Notes: generated by a model from the sequence alone, not told the origin. Shown: positions 44,664 to 54,215, counted from the stretch's first letter. The stretch: DNA of 64,000 bases from an uncultured Candidatus Binatia bacterium (GCA_965215605.1 OZ244070.1:3552001-3616000), one strand, 5' to 3'. Numbers and translations are program-made.

Positions 44664-46241
44664 ATGGAGAGCTTCCGGACTTTCCTGGACGATTTGCGGA
44701 ACGCCGGCGAACTCGTCGACATCCACAAACCCGTGGATGTCCGGCACATCGCCGCGTTGGTGGACCAGGCGTCCACCGCGCTGTTGTTCCATAGGGTGCG
44801 CGGCTACGAGATGCCCGTGGTCTCGGGGCTCCTGAACGACCGCCGGCGCATTGCCCTGTCGGCTGGTTGCGACTACGCGCAGATGGAGCGGCGGCTCGGC
44901 CACGCCCTCGATCATCCCGTCGATCCCATCGAAGTCGGCGACGGCGGCGCGAGGAGTTGGTATCGGGAAGGGGCCGAGGTGGACCTCTTCGCCCTGCCGG
45001 TGCCGGTGTTCTCCGAGTTCGACGGCGGTCCCACGATTACGGCCGGCGTCACCCTGGCCCACGATCCCGAATACGGACTGAACGCCGGCACCTATCGTTT
45101 CCAGGTAAAGGAACGTGCCCTCACCGGCATCGACATCGTCACCCCCAACAACCTGCGCAGGCTGGCGGAGAAGGCCCTGGCGGCCAACGCGCCGCTGCCC
45201 ATCTCCATCAACATCGGCACCCACCCGGTGGAGCTGATGGCGTCCCTCTACAAGGCGCCCCTGGGGCGGAACGAGCTGGCCATCGCCGGCGGCATGCTGG
45301 GGCGGCCGGTGCGCCTGGGCGCCTGCCGGACCATCGACGCGCCCTGCCTGGCGGACGCGGAGATCGTGCTGGAGGCGGAGATCCTGCCCACCGGCTGGAC
45401 CCGGCAGGAGGGGCGGTTCGGCGAGATGACGCGCCTCATGGGCGACGTGCACTACAATCCTCACGTGCGGGTGAAGGCGATCTCGCGCCGCGAGGACGCC
45501 ATCTACTACGCGCTGCACATGCCCTGGGAGAACATCTGGATCAAGGAGCACGGTTTCCAGGCGGTGCTCAAGCGGGTCCTCGACGCGGCCGGGGTGACGG
45601 TGACCGCGGTGAACGTCACGCCGGGAGGCTGCTGCCACTGGCACGCCGTCATCGCCATCCGGAAGCAGCCCGGCGATCCTCAGAACGCCATCATGGCGGC
45701 GCTGTCGGTGGCGGACCTCAAGCACGTGGTGGTCGTGGATGACGAGATCGACGTCTACGACGCCATGGAGGTGGAATGGGCCATGGCCACCCGGGTGCAG
45801 GCCGACCGCGACATCACTATCCTCTCGGACGCCCGCTCCAAGCCCCTGGACCCGAGCTTGCCGCTGTCGGAAGGCATCCCCACCACCGCCAAGTGCGGCA
45901 TCGACGCCACCATTCCCGACGGCGTCCCCAAGGCGCGGTATCAGCGCATCACCTATCCCCACGCGGATGAGCTGGACCTCGGCGCCTACCTGGGCGAAGC
46001 GGAGGCCGGCGAGGGGTCGCCCGAGACCCTGGTTGAAGCTGCCAGCGCGAGCGTCGAGGATGCCGCGGCGGCCATACGCGGACTGCTCGCCGCCGGGTCC
46101 ATGTACTTCAGCGAGATCGCGGAAAGCGTTCCGGGAGCCGGTTTCCAGTCCGTCGCCCGGACGATGGGCGAGTTGCACGCCGCCGGAGAGATCGATCAGG
46201 ACGCGGAGGGGCGCTACCGGCTGGCGTCGGAGAGGCGCTGA
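44664..46241 (+). CDS. UbiD family protein, paralog 4, with C-terminal winged-helix-like extension
   Basis: DGGPTITAG, NAGTYR, EGRFGE, VDDEID...WAMATRVQ; extra ~60-aa tail MYFSEIAE...GELHAAGEIDQDAEGRY. Confidence 0.9.
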   Translation: MESFRTFLDDLRNAGELVDIHKPVDVRHIAALVDQASTALLFHRVRGYEMPVVSGLLNDRRRIALSAGCDYAQMERRLGHALDHPVDPIEVGDGGARSWYREGAEVDLFALPVPVFSEFDGGPTITAGVTLAHDPEYGLNAGTYRFQVKERALTGIDIVTPNNLRRLAEKALAANAPLPISINIGTHPVELMASLYKAPLGRNELAIAGGMLGRPVRLGACRTIDAPCLADAEIVLEAEILPTGWTRQEGRFGEMTRLMGDVHYNPHVRVKAISRREDAIYYALHMPWENIWIKEHGFQAVLKRVLDAAGVTVTAVNVTPGGCCHWHAVIAIRKQPGDPQNAIMAALSVADLKHVVVVDDEIDVYDAMEVEWAMATRVQADRDITILSDARSKPLDPSLPLSEGIPTTAKCGIDATIPDGVPKARYQRITYPHADELDLGAYLGEAEAGEGSPETLVEAASASVEDAAAAIRGLLAAGSMYFSEIAESVPGAGFQSVARTMGELHAAGEIDQDAEGRYRLASERR

Positions 46242-46283
46242 CCTGCGGTCCTGGACAGCCGCAGGTCTTCAGCGCTGGTCTGT

Positions 46284-46312
46284 TTGACAGCGTTCAAGGG
46301 CTGCGATAACAG
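46284..46312 (+). promoter_or_regulatory. Putative promoter TTGACA-N17-TAACAG
   Basis: Read directly upstream of the AAAGGAG RBS of 46339. Confidence 0.45.
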
Positions 46313-46338
46313 CCTTTGGGCCTAAAGGAGAACGCCTG

Positions 46339-47427
46339 ATGCCGACCATCAACGATGCCGACGGCCACATCAACGACTACTTCTTCGGCGACGAGATCGC
46401 CAAGTACATGCCCGAGGGGAACCAGTTCAGCCAGATGTTCCCGGTGTTCGACCACCTGCACTTCCGTTACCTGATGAAGAACCGGGTGCCCAAGTACGTC
46501 GGCGGCAGCATGAAGACCGCGCCGGGTCCCGCGGAGTGGCTGGAGTTCATCGAAGAGACCGGCATCGCCTGGAGCGTGCTCTACCCCAGCGCCGGGCTGG
46601 GGGTGGGGCGCATCGTTTCGGTGGAGTGGGCCATCGCCGCCTGCCGGGCCTACAACAACTGGCTGCACGATCGTTTCACCAGCACCACGCCGCGTCTCAA
46701 GGGCGTCGGCCTCATTCCGATCCAGGACGAAGAGGCCGCGTGCGCCGAGCTGCAGCGCTGCGTGCGGGAGTTGGGCATGGTCGGCGCCATGCTGCCGTCC
46801 AACGGCGAAGCCATCAAGGGGCAACTGGGCGCCAAGGCCTATTGGCCGATCTACGAGGAGGCGGAGAAGCTCGGCTGCTGTCTCACCGTGCACGGCGGCG
46901 CGCACCATCACCTCGGCCTCGACGGCTTCAGCGTGTACTATCCGGTGCACGCCCTCGGCCACCCTTTCGGGATCATGGTGCAGGCGGCGGCGATGCTCAG
47001 CCACGGCATCTTCGAGCGCTTTCCCCGGCTACGGGTGGCATTCCTGGAAGGGGGCGCCACCTGGGTGCCGTTTTTCATGGACCGGCTCGACCGGTCCTAC
47101 AACGAGGGGCATCTGCAGATCGACCTCGCCGGCGACCCGGTCCCAGGCCCCCGGCCGGGCGAGAAGGCCAGCGAGCATTTCAAGCGTCACGTCCGGGAGG
47201 GGAGGATCTTCGTCGGCTTCGATTGCGACGACGCCGGTCTGGCCTTTGCCGTGCAGCAGGCCGGCGCCGAGCCCTTCCTGTTCGCCAGTGACTTCCCGCA
47301 TGAGGTATTCGACGCGGCATCGTGCCGCCACGAGATCGACGAGTTGCTGCAGCGGGACGACCTGACCCAGGATCAGAAAGAGGCGGTGCTGGGCGGGAAC
47401 GCGGCGCGGCTGTACGGTATCGGTTAG
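46339..47427 (+). CDS. Amidohydrolase_2 family protein
   Basis: DADGH, VLYPS, CRAYNNW, TVHGG, AFLEGG, FASDFPH. Confidence 0.87.
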   Translation: MPTINDADGHINDYFFGDEIAKYMPEGNQFSQMFPVFDHLHFRYLMKNRVPKYVGGSMKTAPGPAEWLEFIEETGIAWSVLYPSAGLGVGRIVSVEWAIAACRAYNNWLHDRFTSTTPRLKGVGLIPIQDEEAACAELQRCVRELGMVGAMLPSNGEAIKGQLGAKAYWPIYEEAEKLGCCLTVHGGAHHHLGLDGFSVYYPVHALGHPFGIMVQAAAMLSHGIFERFPRLRVAFLEGGATWVPFFMDRLDRSYNEGHLQIDLAGDPVPGPRPGEKASEHFKRHVREGRIFVGFDCDDAGLAFAVQQAGAEPFLFASDFPHEVFDAASCRHEIDELLQRDDLTQDQKEAVLGGNAARLYGIG

Positions 47428-47518
47428 GCAAATTCTTCTCCATGTCGCCGGAGGCCAAGAAGGGGCTGGGCGTTCTCGTGCGGAAGAAGAAAAAGTAGGA
47501 AACGGGTACCACGCGATC

Positions 47519-48511
47519 ATGCTGTTTCTCACGGAAGAAGACGTTCTCCGGGCGGTGGAAGGCCGAAACGCGTACGGAGAGGCGGTGGCGGTCATCGAGG
47601 AGGTGCTGCGCCAGCAGTCCGAGGGCAGCACGTTTCATCTCAAGCGCCTGACCATGGAGCACCCCGATCACCCGGGTCATCTCTGGCACAACATCCGCAT
47701 CCTGCCGGGCATGGTGCCGGAACTCGGTTACGCGGCGGTGCGGGTCTACTCGGGATACCAGGGGACCAACCGGTCCGAGGTCATCTGTCTGTTCAATTGG
47801 GAAGACATGGAGATGTCGGCCATCATTTCCGACTATCATCTGCACGCCATCCGCACCGCGTCTCCTTACGGCGTGGCGGCCAAGTACCTGTCGCGCGCGG
47901 ATGCGCAGACCCTGGGGGTCATCGGCACCGGACGCTACGCCAAGGGCTTCGTCCAGGCCTGCTGCGCGGTGCGCGACATCCGGCACGTCAAGGCGTATAG
48001 CCGCAACGCGGAGAACCGGCGGCGGTTCCGTGAAGAGATGACGGAGGTTCTGGGCATCGAGGTGGTGGCGGTGGAGTCCGGCCGGGAAGCCGTCCGGGAC
48101 ACGGACATCATGTTGCTGGCGACCTCCGGCAACACCATCGTGTTCGAGGGCGGCTGGCTGGAGCCGGGGACGCTGGTCATGTCCCTGGCTCCCGGGGAGT
48201 TCGACGAAGCCACGGCGCTGGGCTCGCGTGTGTTCCTCTCCGGCACCGACCAAGTGCTCGGCGACAGCCCGCCCCGGAAACCGTTTCCGTCGCTGCTTGC
48301 CAGCGGCAAGTTCAGCAAGGACGACGTGGCGGCGGAGTTCTGCGATGTGGTGTCCGGGAAGATGCCAGGTCGCGGAAGCGATGACGAGATCATCCTCTAC
48401 GAGTCTCCGGGCATGGGCATCCTCGACGTAGGCATCGCTGGCTGGGTCTACCGGCTGGCCCGGGAAAAGGGGTTGGGCACCGATCTGCCCTTTGGGGAAG
48501 AACCCGGGTAG
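47519..48511 (+). CDS. Ornithine cyclodeaminase / mu-crystallin (imine reductase) family protein
   Basis: IRTAS, GVIGTG, LATSG, PGE, GR..DEI..YESPGMGILD. Confidence 0.85.
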   Translation: MLFLTEEDVLRAVEGRNAYGEAVAVIEEVLRQQSEGSTFHLKRLTMEHPDHPGHLWHNIRILPGMVPELGYAAVRVYSGYQGTNRSEVICLFNWEDMEMSAIISDYHLHAIRTASPYGVAAKYLSRADAQTLGVIGTGRYAKGFVQACCAVRDIRHVKAYSRNAENRRRFREEMTEVLGIEVVAVESGREAVRDTDIMLLATSGNTIVFEGGWLEPGTLVMSLAPGEFDEATALGSRVFLSGTDQVLGDSPPRKPFPSLLASGKFSKDDVAAEFCDVVSGKMPGRGSDDEIILYESPGMGILDVGIAGWVYRLAREKGLGTDLPFGEEPG

Positions 48512-48546
48512 GGACGAGTTCAGGGTTTCCCCAACGGTGAGGTGAA

Positions 48547-50034
48547 ATGCGCACATTGATTCGCGGCGGCTGGATCGTCGGCTACCAAGGCGAGACCCAC
48601 GCGCTGCTGCGCGATGGCGTGGTGGTGTTCGAGGACGGGCGCATCCTGCACGTGGGCGCTGATTTTGAAGGGAACGTGGACCGGGAGATGGACGCCGACG
48701 GGATGTTGGTGGCGCCGGGTTTCATCGACATGCACGTCCACGGCGGCCACCGGGCTTCACACCGGCTGATCACGGACACCGGGCGGCCGGATTACTTCGG
48801 CCAGCCGTTCCTGGAGATCAGCGTGCCGCGGGAAGGGACCCGGCCGGCGGGCGATCCCCGCTACATGAGGCCCGACCAGGCCGGCGCCACCGAAGGCACG
48901 GACCTGCACGCCACCTTCACCGTGGCCGAGCTCTTGCGCAACGGCGTCACCACGTTCATGGAGATCGGCAGCCAGCTCCGGGTTCAGGAAGGGTTGCTCA
49001 AGGAGGTCGACCGGCTCGGCGCCCGCGCCTACCTGGGCCCCGGCTTCGACTCGGGCCGCTGGGTGGCGGACGAAAAGGGCCGGCTCAAGCGCGCGCTGGA
49101 CGAGGCCGCGGGCTGGCGTGAGTTCGAGGGCGCGGTGGAGTTCATCAAGCGGGTGGAAGGCAGTTGCGGCGACCGGGTCCGGGGCATCCTGATACCGCGG
49201 GAGGCCGAGACCTGCACGTTGGATCTCCTGAGGGCGACGCGTAAGGCAGCCGGCGATCTCAAGGTGCCGATATCGACCCACGCCGCCTACAACATCATCG
49301 AGTTCTACGAGCTCGTGACGGAACATCGCATGACCCCGGTGGAGTTGCTGGAGTCGGTGGGCCTTCTGGGCCCCGACCTCACCATCGGACACGGGAACCT
49401 GGTGGCCGAGAACCCCCAGTTGAACTTCGCGGGGGGCCGGGACGTGGATCTCATGGGCGAATACGGCGTGTCCATCTCCCACTGTCCGGTCAACATTGCC
49501 CGCCGGGGCCGTTGCCTCGACTCCTGGGAGCGGTACCGCAAGGCCGGCGTCAACATCGCCTTGGGGAGCGACACCTACCCGCGGGACTTCATGATGCAGA
49601 TGCGGGTGGCCTCGTACTTCGGCAAGGTCATCGGACACAACCTGCGCGCGGCCACGGCCGCCGAGGTGTTCGAGGCCGCCACCCTGGGCGGCGCCAGGGC
49701 CTTGGGGCGGGACGACCTCGGGCGGCTGGCGCCGGGAGCGCGCGCGGACATCATCATCGTCGACATTTCCGGAAGGGGCACGCTCAGGTACGGGCCGGTG
49801 CGCGATCCCATCAAGAGCCTGGTGGAATGCGGCATCGGCGACGATGTCCGCACGGTCATCGTCGACGGCGAGGTGCGGATGGAGGAGGGGCGGATTCCCG
49901 GAGTGGATATCGAGTCCCTGCGGCGGCAGGCACAGGAGGCCGCGGAGTTCGCCTGGGACCGCCTCCAGGACTGGGACGCGCTGGGGCGGAGCGCGGAGGA
50001 GATGAGCCCCTGGTCCTTCCCGTTGATGAAGTGA
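48547..50034 (+). CDS. Chlorohydrolase/deaminase-like amidohydrolase (AtzA/TrzA family)
   Basis: PGFIDMHVH, LLRNGVTT, STHAA, ISHCP, ALGSD, ATLGGARALG, GARADI. Confidence 0.87.
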   Translation: MRTLIRGGWIVGYQGETHALLRDGVVVFEDGRILHVGADFEGNVDREMDADGMLVAPGFIDMHVHGGHRASHRLITDTGRPDYFGQPFLEISVPREGTRPAGDPRYMRPDQAGATEGTDLHATFTVAELLRNGVTTFMEIGSQLRVQEGLLKEVDRLGARAYLGPGFDSGRWVADEKGRLKRALDEAAGWREFEGAVEFIKRVEGSCGDRVRGILIPREAETCTLDLLRATRKAAGDLKVPISTHAAYNIIEFYELVTEHRMTPVELLESVGLLGPDLTIGHGNLVAENPQLNFAGGRDVDLMGEYGVSISHCPVNIARRGRCLDSWERYRKAGVNIALGSDTYPRDFMMQMRVASYFGKVIGHNLRAATAAEVFEAATLGGARALGRDDLGRLAPGARADIIIVDISGRGTLRYGPVRDPIKSLVECGIGDDVRTVIVDGEVRMEEGRIPGVDIESLRRQAQEAAEFAWDRLQDWDALGRSAEEMSPWSFPLMK

Positions 50035-50058
50035 ACCGTCCCGGCAAGCCGAATTCGT

Positions 50059-50088
50059 CGTTCCGGCGAAACAGGGTATGCCGGAACG
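50059..50088. terminator. Hairpin between convergent genes (possible terminator or REP-like element)
   Basis: CGTTCCGGC-N12-GCCGGAACG; no U-tract. Confidence 0.35.
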
Positions 50089-50128
50089 GCATCCGAGGGA
50101 TGGGGGCGGGAGTGACGAATTCACGGGG

Positions 50129-51004
50129 TCAACCGGCGCGGCGCTGCAGCACGATTCCCCCGACGATCAATGCCAGCCCCGTCACGGTGCTGGGGTAGAT
50201 GGGCTCTCCCACCAACAGCGCGATCACCAGCAGCGACAGGAAGGGCGTCAGGTAGATCAGTTGGCCCACCTGGGCCGTGGTGCGGGAGAGCTTGAGGGCT
50301 CGGAGCCAGGCGACGAAGGCGATGCCCATCTCGAACGTGCCGATATACACGGCGCCGGCCAGCCCCGCCGCGCCGGGCATCTCCGGGGTGCCCGCGAGCA
50401 ACCAAAACCCGCCCGAGAAGCCGCATCCGAACACGAAATTGACCAACAGCCGCGTCACCGGGTCGCGGTGGTCCTTGACCCCGTAGATCCAGTAGAACGT
50501 CCAGATCAGCGTGCTTCCCAGCGCCAGCGCCACGCCCAGCGGGTTGGCCAGGTCGAGCCCGAGGGGGTCTCCTCGCGTGGCGATGAGGGCCACGCCGGTG
50601 AAGCTGATGGCCATGGCGGCGATGGCGCGCGCGCCGATGGGCTGGCGGAGCAGGACGACGGAGAACAGCGCCAGCACCATGGGCCAGGTGAAGTTCAGCG
50701 TCAGCGCCTCTTGGGCGGGCAGGAGATCGTATGCCTTGAAGAGGACGAGGTAATAGAGGAAGGGGTTCAGGAAACCAAGGCAAAGCGATGTACGGAGGTC
50801 GCCGAGGTTCCATTCCCGGAACTGCCCGAGCCGTCCGGTGGACAGGGTGATGCAGAGCAGCACAAGGACGGACACCGCCGAGGAGCAGAACACCAGCACG
50901 CCGGGGCCCACGTGGCGCAGGGAGAGCTTGAACGCCGTCGCCACCGTGGACCAGAAGAGCACCGTGACGGCGGCGTAGAGATAGGCCTGGGTCTGCGTTT
51001 GCAT
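50129..51004 (-). CDS. EamA/DMT family transporter
   Basis: LFWSTVATAFK, NPFLYYLVLFKAY, LPAQEA, LIYLTPFLS; about 10 TM helices; ATG at 51004. Confidence 0.88.
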   Translation of the reverse strand: MQTQTQAYLYAAVTVLFWSTVATAFKLSLRHVGPGVLVFCSSAVSVLVLLCITLSTGRLGQFREWNLGDLRTSLCLGFLNPFLYYLVLFKAYDLLPAQEALTLNFTWPMVLALFSVVLLRQPIGARAIAAMAISFTGVALIATRGDPLGLDLANPLGVALALGSTLIWTFYWIYGVKDHRDPVTRLLVNFVFGCGFSGGFWLLAGTPEMPGAAGLAGAVYIGTFEMGIAFVAWLRALKLSRTTAQVGQLIYLTPFLSLLVIALLVGEPIYPSTVTGLALIVGGIVLQRRAG

Positions 51005-51181
51005 GGACGGTTCGCCGCTTCCGGAAGGTACCATGTTTGCGCTCCCCCATCGACACGCCCCGAAGGGCTGGGGCCGGGCTCCGGGAGAGGGGCAAAAGCC
51101 TTTGCTGACGCGGAGTTGCAATTGCACAGGAGTTCAGCTAACGTAGCCTTTCGTTCGCAGTCCATCCCCTCGAGGTTTTCA

Positions 51182-52258
51182 TTGATCCGCAGAGAATCGG
51201 TAGATGCCCTCCGAAAAAAGATCGACCGAGTTGATTCCAGGATCGTAGCGCTCCTCAACGAGAGAGCCTCCCTTGCCCTGAAGATCGGAAGTCAGAAGAA
51301 CCGCACGGGAAGGCCCGTCTACGTCGCCAGCCGCGAGCGGGAGATTTACCGGCAGGTATCCGACGCCAACACGGGGCCGTTGCCGGCCTCGTCGATTCGC
51401 GCCGTGTTCAGGGAGGTCCTGTCCGCCTGCCGCGGCATCGAGACGCGGATGAAGGTGGCGTTCTTCGGCCCCGAGGCGACCTTTACCCACATGGCCGCGC
51501 AGCGACACTTCGGCGGCGCGGTCCGCTACTCTCCCGAGCGCACCATCAACGATGTCTTCCGGGAGGTAGGCGCGGGCAACGCCGACTATGGCGTGGTGCC
51601 CATCGAGAACTCCACCGAAGGGGTGGTGACACACACCCTGGATCTGCTGCAGGAGTCGAACGTTCAGATCTGTGGCGAGGTCAGCGTCGACATCGAGCTT
51701 TGCCTGCTGTCCCGGTCGGGCCGGACGAAGGACGTACGCCGTATCCTTTCCCATTCGCATGCCCTGGGCCAATGCCGCCGCTGGCTGGCCGCCCACTTTC
51801 CCGGCGCCGCCGTCGAAGAGGTGTCGAGCACGGCGCAGGCGGCCAGGGAGGCGCGCACGGACCGGGAGGTGGCGGCGGTGTCCAGTCGTCTGGCGGCCGA
51901 GGTCTATGGGATCAAGATCGTCCAGGCCAACATCGCCGACAATCACGACAACATCACCCGGTTCTTCGTCATCGGAGACGATCCGCCGTCACCGACCGGA
52001 GAGGACAAGACCAGCATCGCGTTCGCGGCCAAGGATCGCGTGGGCGTGCTTCACGACATGCTGGCGCCGTTCGCCAAACACAACATCAACCTCACCAAGA
52101 TCGAGTCGCGCCCCTCGCGCCAGAAGGCGTGGGAATACGTTTTCTTCATCGATTTCAAGGGCCACCAACAAGAACCTCGGGTCAAGCGCGCCCTGGACCA
52201 GCTCTCCGACAGTTGCGTTTTCCTGAGGATCCTCGGCTCCTATCCCAGCAGCCTATGA
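51182..52258 (+). CDS. pheA: Chorismate mutase/prephenate dehydratase (P-protein)
   Basis: LRKKIDRVD...LLNER, FGPEATFT, PIENSTEG, NITRF, NLTKIESRP; TTG start after GAGGT. Confidence 0.95.
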   Translation: MIRRESVDALRKKIDRVDSRIVALLNERASLALKIGSQKNRTGRPVYVASREREIYRQVSDANTGPLPASSIRAVFREVLSACRGIETRMKVAFFGPEATFTHMAAQRHFGGAVRYSPERTINDVFREVGAGNADYGVVPIENSTEGVVTHTLDLLQESNVQICGEVSVDIELCLLSRSGRTKDVRRILSHSHALGQCRRWLAAHFPGAAVEEVSSTAQAAREARTDREVAAVSSRLAAEVYGIKIVQANIADNHDNITRFFVIGDDPPSPTGEDKTSIAFAAKDRVGVLHDMLAPFAKHNINLTKIESRPSRQKAWEYVFFIDFKGHQQEPRVKRALDQLSDSCVFLRILGSYPSSL

Positions 52259-53358
52259 GCATTGTCGAAAAGGTTCCGGACTACATCCGCCGCATCGTGC
52301 CGTACGTGCCCGGCAAGCCCATCGACGAGGTGGAGCGGGAATACGGCATTCGGGGGTCGGCCAAGCTGGCGTCCAACGAGAACTCCCTGGGTCCGTCCCC
52401 CAAGGCAGTGGCCGCGTTGCGGGAGCGGCTGGAGGAGCTGCATCTCTATCCGGACGGCGGCTGCTTCCATCTCCGGCATGGGTTGGCCGCCAGGCTCGGA
52501 GTCGAGCCCGAGCGGCTGATCTTCGGCAACGGCTCGAACGAGTTGATCGAGCTGGCGGTGCGGACTTTCCTGCGCCCGGGAGACGAAGCCCTGATCTCCC
52601 AGGGCTCCTTCGTGGCCTACGGCCTTGCGCTGGATGCCATGGGAGCGGCGGTCCGCAAGGTGCCGCTGAAGGATTACGGCTACGACCTGGAAGCCATGGC
52701 CCGGGCGCTGACGCCCAGGACCCGCCTGGTCTTCCTGGCCAACCCCAACAACCCCACGGGCACCATCTACCGGCGGCCGGAGTGGGAGGAGTTCCTCGAA
52801 CGGGTGGGTCCCGAGGCGCTGGTGGTGGCGGACGAGGCCTACTTCGAGTACGCCACCGACCCGGACTATCCCGACTCCCTCGACGACCGCCGGGAGGACC
52901 GGACGGTGCTGACCATCAGGACCTTCTCCAAGGTCTACGGTCTCGCGGGTCTCCGCATCGGTTACGGCATCGCCCCAGCCGAGGTCGTGGCGATGATGAA
53001 TCAGGTGCGGGAACCCTTCAACGTCAACGCCGCGGCCCAGTGGGCGGCGGCGGCGGCGGTGGAAGACGCCGAGCACCTCCACCGGAGCCTGGATCTCAAC
53101 CGCGAGGGTCTGGCTCTCCTGACGGAGGGTCTGACGGGACTCGGGGTCCAGTGGGTCCCGAGCCAGGCCAATTTCATCCTGGTGCAAACGGGCCGGGCCG
53201 GCCATGTCTTCGAGGAGCTGATGCGCCGGGGAGTCATCGTGCGGCCGGTGGGCCCGGAATTTCCCGACCACGTGCGGGTGACCGTGGGGACTCCGGACGA
53301 GAACCGCAAGTTCCTGGAGGGCCTCTCGAGGATCCTCGAAGGAGGCGTGAGCGGCTGA
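52255..53358 (+). CDS. hisC: Histidinol-phosphate/aromatic aminotransferase
   Basis: KLASNEN, GNGSNE, NPNNPTG, DEAY, RTFSKVYGLAGLRIGY. Confidence 0.94.
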   Translation: MSIVEKVPDYIRRIVPYVPGKPIDEVEREYGIRGSAKLASNENSLGPSPKAVAALRERLEELHLYPDGGCFHLRHGLAARLGVEPERLIFGNGSNELIELAVRTFLRPGDEALISQGSFVAYGLALDAMGAAVRKVPLKDYGYDLEAMARALTPRTRLVFLANPNNPTGTIYRRPEWEEFLERVGPEALVVADEAYFEYATDPDYPDSLDDRREDRTVLTIRTFSKVYGLAGLRIGYGIAPAEVVAMMNQVREPFNVNAAAQWAAAAAVEDAEHLHRSLDLNREGLALLTEGLTGLGVQWVPSQANFILVQTGRAGHVFEELMRRGVIVRPVGPEFPDHVRVTVGTPDENRKFLEGLSRILEGGVSG

Positions 53359-54212
53359 TGTTCCGGACCATGGCAATCGCGGGCGTGGGGCTGATCGGCG
53401 GCTCCCTGGCGTTGGCTGCCAAGGAGCGCGGCTTGGTGGACCGGGTGGTGGGATACGGACGCAACGAGAAGACCCTGCGCCGCGCACGGAAACTCGGCAT
53501 CCTGGATGCCTATTTTCTCGGCCCCGAGGACTTTCCCGGCGAAACCGATTTGCTGGTCCTGGCGACGCCGGTCAGCGCCATCGCGCCGGTGACCCGATCG
53601 TTTCTGCCGCGCATCCACCCGGAATGCCTGATCACCGACGTAGGCAGCGTGAAACGCCGGGTGGTGGCGGACATGGAGCGTTTGCTGAAGGGCGGTCGCT
53701 CCTTCGTCGGAGCCCATCCCATTGCCGGCAGCGATCAATGGGGTCCCGACCCGGCGAGAGCGGACCTGTTCGTCGGCCGCCGCTGTATCCTCACGCCCAC
53801 CAGGAACACGGATCCCGGCGCGTTGAAGAAACTGCGGACATTCTGGCGGCGGGTCGGGGCCAAGGTGGAGTCGATGGACGTCCGGCTTCATGACCGGATT
53901 CTGGGCGTGGTGAGCCACTTGCCTCATGTCGCGGCGTACGCGTTGGTCAACGCCCTGGACCGCACCAAGGTGGATTCGCTGGATCTTGCCGAGTACTGCG
54001 GCGCGGGTTTCAGGGACACCACTCGCATTGCCGCCAGCCGTCCGGAACTCTGGCGGGACATTTGCCTGCTCAACCGGGAGGCGGTGCTCAAGGGGCTTGG
54101 GGAGTACGCTCGAGGGCTCGAGAGGATAGCGGATTGTATCCGCAGGGACGACGGTCCTGGCCTGGAGCGGGAATTCGAGCGGGCCTTGGCGACCCGGAAA
54201 AGGATGTCGTAG
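53358..54212 (+). CDS. tyrA: Prephenate/arogenate dehydrogenase
   Basis: GVGLIGGS, TDVGSVK, HPIAG, SHLPH, FRDTTRIA. Confidence 0.94.
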   Translation: MFRTMAIAGVGLIGGSLALAAKERGLVDRVVGYGRNEKTLRRARKLGILDAYFLGPEDFPGETDLLVLATPVSAIAPVTRSFLPRIHPECLITDVGSVKRRVVADMERLLKGGRSFVGAHPIAGSDQWGPDPARADLFVGRRCILTPTRNTDPGALKKLRTFWRRVGAKVESMDVRLHDRILGVVSHLPHVAAYALVNALDRTKVDSLDLAEYCGAGFRDTTRIAASRPELWRDICLLNREAVLKGLGEYARGLERIADCIRRDDGPGLEREFERALATRKRMS

Positions 54213-54215
54213 GGA

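Noticed and set aside
32679-50128. Catabolic cluster as a recently acquired mobile island
   Set aside because: No integrase, transposase, tRNA or flanking direct repeats seen; codon style looks like the flanking housekeeping genes.
51085-51130. Possible c-di-GMP-I riboswitch (GGCAAA...GACGC)
   Set aside because: No P2 stem or GNRA tetraloop could be built; the region fits a divergent promoter (TTGCAC-N16-TAGCCT).
50078-52258. Apparent 726-aa PheA fusion
   Set aside because: The N-terminal part is the antisense shadow of the EamA gene; the PheA domain starts near TTG 51182 with its own RBS.
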